A stretch of DNA of 61,420 bases, the filler included, from Piptocephalis cylindrospora (lineage: Eukaryota): the NCBI GenBank assembly GCA_003614145.1. It is 17 parts of 17 records of this genome, joined end to end, with 100 filler letters (N's around TTAATTAATTAA, not from the genome) between each part and the next. Parts side by side here need not be neighbours in the genome. Positions count along the whole stretch, not along the records: positions 1 to 3,580 come from KZ988663.1; positions 3,681 to 7,257 come from KZ988664.1; positions 7,358 to 10,929 come from KZ988665.1; 14 more parts are not named here. One strand, written 5' to 3'. The notes beneath the pieces were generated by a model. That model saw nothing but the letters and a program-made list of their open reading frames with translations, did no database searches and was not told the origin of the DNA. Of the stretch, positions 1-9,121 are shown in pieces. The translations under genes were made by a program, and so were the position numbers. Every line of letters starts with the position of its first letter. Position 1 is the first letter of the stretch.

Positions 1-634
1 ATTAATAGCTTTTAACTTTTATACACCAAAATATAATTCAGCTATATTACCAAATAATGGAACTTTAATTAAAGAATCTATTTATGATACAGTTTTAGCA
101 ATAGTAAAAGATCAAATAGGTAAAAAAGATGAAAAATATTTTCCATTTATTTTATCTTTATTTTTATTTATATTATTCTCAAATTTAATAGGTATGGTTC
201 CATATAGTTTTACAATCACATCTCAAATAATTTTAACATTAAGTTTAAGTATTGCTATTATTATAGGTGTAACTATATTAGGTTTTTATATTCATAAATT
301 AACTTTTTTAAGTTTATTTATACCAGTTGGTACACCTTTAGGATTAGTACCTTTATTAGTTTTAATTGAATTAATATCTTATTTAGCTAGAGCTGTAAGT
401 TTAGGTGTAAGATTGGCAGCAAATGTAATAGCTGGACATATTCTTTTAAAAATTTTATCTACTTTTATTTATAATTTTATAAAACAATCTATTTTATTTT
501 TTATAATTGGATTCTTACCTATTTTAATATTCACAGCATTAGTAGGATTAGAATTAGCAATTGCAGTACTTCAAGCAATTGTATTTATAATTTTAACTTG
601 TTCATATATTAGAGATGCTATATATTTACATTAA
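1..634 (+). CDS. atp6: Mitochondrial ATP synthase subunit a (5'-partial)
   Basis: Frame is open from nt 2 to TAA at 632-634. Motifs ESIY, FPFI, NLIGMVPYSF, RAVSLGVRLAANVIAGH and LELAIAVLQA; very AT-rich codons. Confidence 0.97.
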   Translation, partial: LIAFNFYTPKYNSAILPNNGTLIKESIYDTVLAIVKDQIGKKDEKYFPFILSLFLFILFSNLIGMVPYSFTITSQIILTLSLSIAIIIGVTILGFYIHKLTFLSLFIPVGTPLGLVPLLVLIELISYLARAVSLGVRLAANVIAGHILLKILSTFIYNFIKQSILFFIIGFLPILIFTALVGLELAIAVLQAIVFIILTCSYIRDAIYLH

Positions 635-670
635 TTAATATTATACGATATTATTAAATTCCCCATTAAA

Positions 671-992
671 CAGGTGCATGCACCTGCTCAAACAAAAAAA
701 TTTATTATAATAACCTTTATAATGAATATTATTATAATAAAATTTAATATACATTTATTCAGACTAAATAAGAGTTAGACTTTAAGATTAAAAAGTTTAC
801 GAGACACGCATTGCGTGTCGAGTCAGGTGCATTGCACCTGCCTAGTTATCTAATAAGTCCTGCATTAGCAGGAATTCGTCACCAAAGGTGACTCATAATG
901 AATAAAAAAAAATAAACCCTACGGGTTACCCCTACGGGGTATTTATTAATTACAAGACACGCAATGTGTGTCGAGTCAGGTGCATGCACCTG
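671..992. mobile_element. Cluster of GC-rich palindromes / double-hairpin elements (DHE-like)
   Basis: CAGGTGCA(T)TGCACCTG at 671-686, 824-840 and 977-992. GACACGCAWTGYGTGTC at 803-819 and 956-972. Further hairpin pairs at 858-892 and 915-941. Confidence 0.8.
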
Positions 993-1000
993 TCTTTATC

Positions 1001-1049
1001 TCGAGTATAAGTTATATGGTTAAAATAGGTTCGAATCCTATTACTCGCA
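1001..1049 (+). ncRNA. tRNA-like element lacking the anticodon arm (t-element or tRNA pseudogene)
   Basis: Acceptor stem CGAGTA (1002-1007)/TACTCG (1042-1047). T8-A9, D-loop-like GG at 1018-1019, perfect T arm ATAGG-TTCGAAT-CCTAT (1025-1041), discriminator A1049. Only 49 nt long. Confidence 0.7.
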
Positions 1050-1065
1050 AAGATCAATAGAAGGA

Positions 1066-2690
1066 ATGTTATTACTTGGAATTTTAACACTAATATGTGT
1101 TCTATCTTTAATGTCTAAGAGTATATCAAATACTTCTTACAATCGAATAGGATTTATAATTATTCTATTTTGTTTCATTTTATCTTTAAATTCCATTAAT
1201 GAAGGTTTAATATCTCATTCTGATACAGGAATATACAATGGTTTATGGCAAATTAATTTATTAAATAAAACTTTTTATACGTTTATATATTTAATAGCTT
1301 TATTAGTATTATTATTTTATGAAAGACAAGATACAAATAAAATTGTATCTAATAATTTAAATTCAATAAATACAATACCAAATAATGAAGGTAATTTTAA
1401 TACAACTGAATTAATAAATAATGATCTAGAAAATATAGTAGATACTGAAAATAATAAAAAAATAGCTAAAAATGAAAATTCAATATTCATTCTTTTAAAT
1501 TGTTTAGGAATGATATCTTTAATTTCAAGTTTTGATTTAATTTCATTCTTTTTAGCTATAGAACTTCAAAGTTTTTCTTTATACATAATTTCTACAATAT
1601 ATAAAGAATCAGAAAGTTCAACTTCAGCTGGATTAAAATATTTCTTATTAGGAGCTTTATCATCTGGTTTTATTTTATTAGGTTCAAGTTTATTATATGG
1701 TATTACAGGTATAACTAATTTTGATAGTTTTAATATGTTATCATTTATAGAAAATACAAGTCAAATAGAAATACCAATATTAATCTTATTAATAGGTTTA
1801 TTATTTAAAATTTCTGCTGCACCATTTCATAATTGGTCACCTGATGTTTATGATGGAGTACCTACAATCATTACTTCTTGAATTGCAGTTTTACCTAAAA
1901 TTTCTATTGTTATTTTTATTATTATATTTTTAGGATTATTTAATAAAAAATGTTTAGAAAATAATATTGAAATTTTTAATATTCCATTAAACTGAAATTA
2001 TTTAATTTTAATTTCAGCATCATTATCTTTAATTATAGGTAGTATTTTAGGTTTAACTCAATATAGAATTAAAAGATTATTAGCTTATAGTGCTATATCT
2101 CACATCGGATTTATTCTTTTAGGTATTAATTCTAATTTATCTTTTGAATCTACAATTTTTTATTTAATCCAATATACTTTAATTAATGTAAATATTTTTT
2201 GTTTTTAAGAATTATTGATATAAAAAATAATACAACAACTGGTATCCAATATATTTCAGAATTAAAAGGATATTTAAAAGAAAATCCTTTATTAGGTTTA
2301 AGTTTTACTTTATGTTTATTTTCTATGGCTGGTATACCACCTTGTGTAGGATTTTTTGCTAAATTAGAAATTTTAAATTTAACTATTAATAATGGTTTAT
2401 ATTTTATTTCTATAATAGCTATATTAACTTCTGTAATTGGTACTGTTTATTATTTAAAATTAATTCAATTTATTAATTTTTATGATCAATTAAATACAAA
2501 AAGTAATATATCTACTAATGGTGAAAATATAAAATCAGTTGCAAATAATTATATATATATCCATGCTTTAATTCTTTCTATTATTACACTTTTAAACATT
2601 TTATTTATATTAGATAATACTTTAATATTTAACTCTATTCAATTATTACAGTTAAAAACTATTAATTTAAATGAAAATATATTTTATTAA
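1066..2690 (+). CDS. nad2: NADH dehydrogenase subunit 2 (TGA=Trp; one frameshift at ~2195-2205)
   Basis: Motifs [57 protein letters not shown] and [15 protein letters not shown]. Reads through TGA at 1879 and 1993 as Trp. Frame changes within the T-runs at 2195-2205. Confidence 0.95.
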
Positions 2691-2692
2691 TT

Positions 2693-2950
2693 GGGCCGAA
2701 AAGCCCTTAGGCATCCCTAAAGGGATGCCGACCCTTAGGATCATTCCCCTATAGGTAAATTAAAATACCCCGTCGCCATCCTCAGATGGCTGGAACCCTT
2801 ACGGGTTTCAGGGATGACCCATAGAGTAATCTAATAATATTGTAACACCCCTTATTTTTTAATAATTTAAATAAACTCAGAGGGGTGATTTAAATATCAA
2901 AAAATTTTAAATCCTTGCAGCCGTAAAGCTGCTAATGGCCTTATGGCTAT
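2693..2950. repeat. Intergenic GC-rich hairpins, including a double-hairpin element at 2775-2810
   Basis: GGGC-CGAAAA-GCCC, GGCATCCC-TAAA-GGGATGCC, GCCATC-CTCA-GATGGC followed by TGGAACCC-TTAC-GGGTTTCA, and GCAGC-CGTAAA-GCTGC. Confidence 0.75.
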
Positions 2951-3045
2951 ATATATATACAAAAAAAAACTATAAGGATTATACATTTAAAGTTTTAAAA
3001 TACTTTACGTTATACTTGAAAATAATTTTTATATAATAAAATTTT

Positions 3046-3312
3046 ATGAAATTAAGTTTATTTTTATTTCTTATAGGAATTTATGGATTTATTTTAAATA
3101 AAAAAAATTTAATATTAATGATTATTAGTATTGAATTAATGTTATTAGCAGTTACTTTAATCATTTTATTTAATTCTTTAAATTTTGATGATTTAATTGG
3201 ACAAATATTTGCTTTATATATTATTGCAATTGCAGGTGCTGAATCAGCTATTGGTTTAGCAATTTTAGTTGCTTTTTATAGATTAAGAGGTAGTATTGCT
3301 ATTCAAGCTTAA
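3046..3312 (+). CDS. nad4L: NADH dehydrogenase subunit 4L
   Basis: 88 aa with NKKNLILMIISIELMLLAV, GQIFALYIIAIAGAESAIGLAILVAFYRLRGSI. Confidence 0.97.
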   Translation: MKLSLFLFLIGIYGFILNKKNLILMIISIELMLLAVTLIILFNSLNFDDLIGQIFALYIIAIAGAESAIGLAILVAFYRLRGSIAIQA

Positions 3313-3338
3313 TATTTTTATGAGATAAATACCCCACC

Positions 3339-3524
3339 GCCATCGTTTTCAAATCCATCATGCAATGATGGATTTGATACCGATGGCTGGAACCCTTACG
3401 GGTTTCAGGAGTGACCCATAGGGTTTTATTTTTTTTTTATATAGACAGGTGCATGCACCTGACTCAATACGCATTGCGTGTTTCGTTATCCATTGAGTTA
3501 CTCCCCCCCCCTTTTAGGGGGGGG
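3339..3524. mobile_element. DHE copies, including a nested hairpin insertion and an inverted copy of the 803-840 element
   Basis: 3339-3421 repeats the 2775-2824 element with an extra 13-bp stem in its first loop. 3446-3482 is a reverse-orientation copy of 803-840/956-992. A C9/G8 hairpin lies at 3503-3524. Confidence 0.75.
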
Positions 3525-3580
3525 TGTACATCACGTGTTTCGTAACATGAAATTTATTAATTCGGAATCTTTAGATTTCT

Positions 3581-3680
3581 NNNNNNNNNNNNNNNNNNNN
3601 NNNNNNNNNNNNNNNNNNNNNNNNTTAATTAATTAANNNNNNNNNNNNNNNNNNNNNNNNNNNNNNNNNNNNNNNNNNNN
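3581..3680. other. Artificial contig linker (first of 16; others start at ~7258, 10930, 14598, 18264, 21926, 25579, 29228, 32873, 36406, 40023, 43635, 47135, 50738, 54340, 57937)
   Basis: N-run + TTAATTAATTAA (stops in all six frames) + N-run, recurring about every 3.6 kb. Confidence 0.99.
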
Positions 3681-3930
3681 GGGGAGAGATCCAATAAATC
3701 ATCCCGCGCTTTACACCCCATGAACCATCGGTGGGATCATCAGATGATTTAAGCGTTACTCCTAGCTCTACAACCGGGGTTGGCGTTGAGGCATATGTCA
3801 AGGGTAGGGTGATTAGGAGGCAAAGATGTATAAGTAGACGGGGTGAGGAACAGGAAGACAGCTTTTGATCGTTCTCCCCTATCATCATCCTATCCATCTG
3901 ATCCTACACCATCCTCCATTTCCGCCCACT

Positions 3931-5271
3931 ATGACCATCACATCATCAAACAATTCAAGGCCTCAGTGTGTGCCCGCCCTCTCCCAGCGAGATATCTCCC
4001 CAGAGAGCTATGGACCAGATCCCATCCCACCCCATTCTAAGTCTATATCCAATGACGCCATTGCCCCGTTACATCCCATTACACTGAAGAGGATTCATCA
4101 ATTGACCCATGAGAGGGAAGAGGCCTTTTTTGTGCTAGATCGGGCCCGATTGCGAGATCAAATTCGCCTGTGGTACCAACATCTTCCAACCATTATGCCC
4201 TTTTATGCTATCAAGTGCAACCCTGAGCCCATGATCCTGGAGGAGTTGGCTCGGTATGGGGATGGGCCAGGCGGGGTTGGTTTTGATTGTGCCTCAGCGG
4301 GGGAATTCCTCCCTGTGCTTGCCACAGGCAAAGTCCTTCCCAGCCAGATTATCTACGCCCACACCGTTAAGATCCCTCACCACTTGAGGAAGGCAAGGGA
4401 ATTGGGTATCCATAAAATGACTCTGGACTCGGTGGATGAGATAGAGAAAATAGCAGAGAATCATCCGGATGCCCGGATTGTCCTACGAATCCGTGTGGAA
4501 GATCGAGAGAGTCGAATCCGTCTAGGAGTCAAATTTGGGGCTGATGAGGGGAATTGGCGTGAGCTGATGGAGGCCATGATCCGATACGGACTTCCCCTCG
4601 AGGGTATCAGCTTCCATGTTGGGAGTGGATGTGCCTCAGGAAACCCTTTTTCCCAAGCCATTTCCCTGGCTAGACGAGCTTTTGATTTGGCCTGGGACCT
4701 AGGTTTGCACCCGAATCTCCTGGACATCGGTGGGGGATTTCCCGGGGAAGTACTCTTTGGCATGGGGAGGGCCAAGGGACTGGCTCAATTCAGCGATATT
4801 GCTCAAACGATTCGATCCGCCCTCTCCCGGTACTTCCCTGAAACACTGGGGATTCGGGTGATTGCCGAACCAGGGCAATTCCTGGTGAGTGGGTCCTGCG
4901 CATTGGTCACGCGAGTCCTGGGGAGAAGAATGTGTCATGGGCCCGAGGGACCTACTATGCACTACCATCTCGACGATGGGGCCTGCGGTTCGTTCCCCGC
5001 AGTTCTGGAGGATGAACTTCCATGTGAACCTATTATTCTCAGCAAGCTGTCGGAGGATAGACCGATCCATAGATCCATCCTTTGGGGTCCTACCTGCACC
5101 ACTGAGGACCTTATTCTAGAAGGTGCCTTTCTCCCAGAGATGCGCACTGGGGACTGGGTATTCTGGAGGGCGATGGGTGCATACACCAGTGCGAGGGCCA
5201 GCACTTTCAACGGCTTTCACATCCCTCCGTACTTTTCCGTAGATTACGAAGACTCCAAGTTGGATGAGTAG
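3931..5271 (+). CDS. Ornithine decarboxylase-like protein, copy 1 (fold-type III PLP decarboxylase), intronless
   Basis: PFYAIKCN (PLP Lys), GFDCAS, KFGA, SFHVGSG, LDIGGGF, AEPG, WGPTC, MGAYT and STFNGF. First ATG at 3931, TATA-like at ~3827. Confidence 0.93.
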   Translation: MTITSSNNSRPQCVPALSQRDISPESYGPDPIPPHSKSISNDAIAPLHPITLKRIHQLTHEREEAFFVLDRARLRDQIRLWYQHLPTIMPFYAIKCNPEPMILEELARYGDGPGGVGFDCASAGEFLPVLATGKVLPSQIIYAHTVKIPHHLRKARELGIHKMTLDSVDEIEKIAENHPDARIVLRIRVEDRESRIRLGVKFGADEGNWRELMEAMIRYGLPLEGISFHVGSGCASGNPFSQAISLARRAFDLAWDLGLHPNLLDIGGGFPGEVLFGMGRAKGLAQFSDIAQTIRSALSRYFPETLGIRVIAEPGQFLVSGSCALVTRVLGRRMCHGPEGPTMHYHLDDGACGSFPAVLEDELPCEPIILSKLSEDRPIHRSILWGPTCTTEDLILEGAFLPEMRTGDWVFWRAMGAYTSARASTFNGFHIPPYFSVDYEDSKLDE

Positions 5272-5799
5272 AGTATAAAAATGTGATTGGAGATTGGTGG
5301 AGTAAGGGATAAGTAGATGAATTTATCTCGATAGTCATTGCATTGCAATGAGAATTCTAAACCATGAAGCTATACCCATAGGTGCATTTTACATGAACCT
5401 GCCACCACGGTGCGTGGGCAGGGGATGAGCAATGTACCGGTCTTTCTCAGTTCTGAAGAGGATGCTTAGCCCTCCCAGCAAGGACATCAAGCAATACCAC
5501 ATCACCTTAGGGCTATTTTAATCCATCCTGACAAGGGATGGCCCATGTTATGCATTGCATGTTGGCGATTGCCCATCTTTCACTTGCGCTTTCGGTAGGT
5601 GCTCCTCTAGGATACTTCAGTTTTCTCCTCCCACCCCCGACCATGAGTGGTCGAGGCAGGGCAGAGCAGGTATATAGATAGGCCCCATTCTACCAAATTA
5701 TCCTTAGATTTCCAATCCCTCCATATCTTCCTTCCCCCCCTAATTACCGTCTTAACCGCACCCCTCTCCACCGTATCGTCCACGCTAGAAGTACTAATC

Positions 5800-7204
5800 A
5801 TGAATAACACCACAACTACCCAATGCATCCCTCCCGCCATAGAGACTCATGCATCCATTCTTTCCCTCCCCTCTTCCTCCTCTACATCCTCTTCCAAGGA
5901 TTACGTCGATGAAATTCCTCCCTTAAACCCAAGGGTGCTTGACCGAATCCGCTGGGAGTGTCAGTCTGGCCGATATGAGCCTTTCTACATTCTCGATCGT
6001 TACAAAATCCGTCAGAGGCTTGACTTGTGGTATCAGCATCTCCCGGGCATTGTACCATTTTATGCTGTCAAGTGTAACGATGACCCAGCTATGATCCAAG
6101 AGATTCTTGCATATGGACGTACATCCAAGGATCGACCTGTCGGGTTTGACTGTGCGTCTGAGCGGGAGATTCGTCAGATCCTGGATTCAGGGGGTCATCC
6201 CGAGCAGATCCTCTTTGCCAATCCCGTCAAGAACTCCCGTCATATCGCTCATGCCTCGGATCGTGGAGTTCAGTGGATGACTCTGGATTCAGTCGAAGAG
6301 GTAGACAAGATTGCTCAAGTGTGTCCTGAGGCCAAGGTCATGCTCCGACTCAAGGTAGATGATACCCACAGTGCCATTCAGTTGGGCTTGAAGACTGGGG
6401 CGTGGGTGCATGAGTGCTCTGCCATTTTGAAGCGGATTTATGATCGACAGATTAACTTGATTGGGATGTGGTAAGTCGAGGGGGTTCATGCAATTGTATA
6501 TGTTCTTGACCCAATCCCATACTCAATTACGATCACGATACAGTTTCCATGTTGGAAGTGGATCACTAGATAGTGAGGCGTTCATCAAAGCCATCGCTCT
6601 GTCGCGAAGGATCTTTAACCAAGCCAAGAAACTAGGACTATCCCCTAATATCCTGGACATTGGCGGAGGGTTCCCGGGAGAGGCCAAGAAAGTCATGGGC
6701 AAGGTGCAGCGAACTCCCTTCTCCGCGGTAGCTCAGGCAATCCGATGGGCCTTGGACCAGTACTTTCCAGAAAAAGGCATTCAGATCATGGCAGAGCCTG
6801 GACGGTTCATTGCTTCGGGGGCTTGTGTGTACGTGACCCAAGTCATTGGGAAAAAGAAGGTATATGGTCAGGATGGACTGAATAATCTTTGCATGTACTA
6901 TATGAACGACGGGGCTATGGGGTCTTTTCCAGGAATTGAGGAGGATACCCTCCCGTGTCTCCCGATCCCTGTGGATCCATCTAAGTTTATTCATCGCCCT
7001 CTCCTCCCGTCCATCCTTTGGGGACCTACATGTGCTCCTGAGGATGGAATTATGGCGGGTATTTCCCTCCCGGAGATGCACCTTGGGGAATGGTATGTTT
7101 GGAGGGCCATGGGAGCGTACATGGCCTCCCGTGCCTCCACTTTTAATGGCATTCCCATCGCCGAGGTGGTACCCATGGACTCTGAACTGGATATAGCGGA
7201 GTGA
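5800..7204 (+). CDS. Ornithine decarboxylase-like protein, copy 2; intron 6471-6543
   Basis: PFYAVKCN, GFDCAS and FANPVK. The GTAAGT...CAG intron restores IGMCFHVGSG. Then LDIGGGF, AEPGRF, WGPTC and MGAY. Confidence 0.93.
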
Positions 7205-7530
7205 ATGCTGTCGTTGGATAAAGTACCTTATCATCTGCTATAGGTCCTTGTATGTGCNNNNNNNNNNNNNNNNNNNNNNNNNNNNNNNNNNNNNNNNNNN
7301 NTTAATTAATTAANNNNNNNNNNNNNNNNNNNNNNNNNNNNNNNNNNNNNNNNNNNNTTTTTTTTTTTCTCCTCTCTTTTTGTTTTTTTTTTTTTTTTTT
7401 TTTTTTTTTTCTTTTTCCTTCCTTTTTTTTTTTTTTTTTTCCCCCCCCCCCCCCCCCCTACACTCCTCCTGTTCCATACTCTTTCACTCTTTCTTCCCCT
7501 CCCGTCCCATTTCATTTCATTCTATCCATC

Positions 7531-8622
7531 ATGAGCTATGCTCGTATCCATCCGTACCAGGAGAATGTTATGGAGACGTCCAAGGGAAAGCCTTACAGTA
7601 TCCACCTTTCTCCCACCTCCGTCTCCGTCTCCACCTCCCCAAAGTATCCCTCATCCGCCTCCCTGTCTTCATTTTCCACATCACCCCCTTCCTCCATTTC
7701 CTCAGCCTCTCCCGTCCTAGATGATACTTCTTCGGGCTACTCTGACTTGGATGAAGACACGGCAGAAGATGATGATGAGGATTCCCGTGATGAAGATGAG
7801 AAGAAGGAGCTCGGCACCGACCCCCGCATGACAATCAATCCCCAGGGGAAAGCACCCTCAGGAGTCCAAGAGGTCATGAGACCCATCTATCCACCCCATC
7901 ATCCTCTTCTCTCTCCGAACCCTCCTCAATATCGAAGGACTGGCACTTATCTCCACGGTCGGGAGAGAGGTTCTACCATGGTCCCTCAATCATCTCCGTC
8001 CCCGGAGCTCCTGGGAACACTGCATCATCTGCGTCTACGAAACCAATTTCTGTCGCATCAGCATGCTCGTCTTGTCACTGACCTCGCCCATGTTAAATAT
8101 ACAGTCCAGGCTCTTCGAACACTCGTTCAGCAAAAGGAAATTATGGTCGATAAGCTCAGGTCAGAGGCCGCCACCGCATGGGACCGTGTACGGGATATGG
8201 AATCCCAGTGCTCCGTTCTTCTTTCACCCAACGAGGAGCATGGTGATCCCGAAGAAGAGTCCACGGGTGTCATCGAAGAGGAGGAAGAGGAAGGAGATGA
8301 CGATGATGAATCATTGAGTATTCCTCTTCCTATGGAATCTGTCCATCTTGTAGATCACGACGGACCTTCCAAGCCGATTGTAGATATCTCTGAATCTACT
8401 CCATCTGCCTCCCGTGACAGCATCCTCGACTCCTTGGTTCCCCAGTGTCCACGTCAACCCACCTTTGACTCCATCACTTCGGACATGCTCCCCATTGACC
8501 AACATTCGGGCGCATCTCGGGATTCTCCCAGGTTACCAGGAAAATCCCATTCCAATAAGGGTTCTTGGGGGAAAAGGACGATGCGAAAAGTGGCCAAGGT
8601 AGCCAAGGCGTTCTCGTGGTAA
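7531..8622 (+). CDS. Hypothetical protein (Ser-rich and acidic regions, central coiled coil)
   Basis: 363-aa ATG-initiated ORF with pyrimidine-rich flanks and a heptad-like segment LRNQFLSHQHARLVTDLAHVKYTVQALRTLVQQKE. No family recognised. Confidence 0.7.
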   Translation: MSYARIHPYQENVMETSKGKPYSIHLSPTSVSVSTSPKYPSSASLSSFSTSPPSSISSASPVLDDTSSGYSDLDEDTAEDDDEDSRDEDEKKELGTDPRMTINPQGKAPSGVQEVMRPIYPPHHPLLSPNPPQYRRTGTYLHGRERGSTMVPQSSPSPELLGTLHHLRLRNQFLSHQHARLVTDLAHVKYTVQALRTLVQQKEIMVDKLRSEAATAWDRVRDMESQCSVLLSPNEEHGDPEEESTGVIEEEEEEGDDDDESLSIPLPMESVHLVDHDGPSKPIVDISESTPSASRDSILDSLVPQCPRQPTFDSITSDMLPIDQHSGASRDSPRLPGKSHSNKGSWGKRTMRKVAKVAKAFSW

Positions 8623-9121
8623 TCTTCATCTCTCTCCCTTTTTACTCTCTACATTCCCTTTCCCCCTTCCTCTTGCTTTTCTCCCTTTTCCTTTTCCTCT
8701 TTTTAAATTTCCCATTTTCTTTCAAAGATGACATTAAAACCAGTCAATACATACCGATCATGATCAGCTGGCTCGGAAAAGTGTGAGGTCCTCTGCCCTG
8801 GGAAGCCATGGCTTGTTCTCAAGCAGCGCGTGGGTGACACCTTTTAGTCACCCCTGAGGCGGCAGGCAAACCGCTTAGGATGGATTATCACAGTAAGAGA
8901 CCACGGGCTTATTCACACTTCAAACACACTGCGAGCGTGCAAAAGGTCAACAAAGCCCAAGACCACATCGCGTCCCATCATTCCCTCTCGAGTCCCCATG
9001 TCTACACTTCGCCCTTGTCTCCTCCTTTCCCTATCGGATCATTTGAGTCCGATCCTTCTTCCTCCTTTTTCTCCCTTCCCTCACATCTGCGCCCCGCCCG
9101 TTCAAGAAGCCCTGTTCTTGA

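Noticed and set aside
1059..1068. Shine-Dalgarno-like AGAAGGA before nad2
   Set aside because: It abuts the ATG with no spacer and is absent before nad4L.
1330..1480. Asn-rich insertion in Nad2
   Set aside because: Variable hydrophilic loops at this position are common in fungal Nad2.
3843..4040. Polyamine-responsive upstream ORF on the ODC-like genes
   Set aside because: I found no uORF ending in a PPW/PS-type stall motif. This ORF simply overlaps the CDS out of frame.
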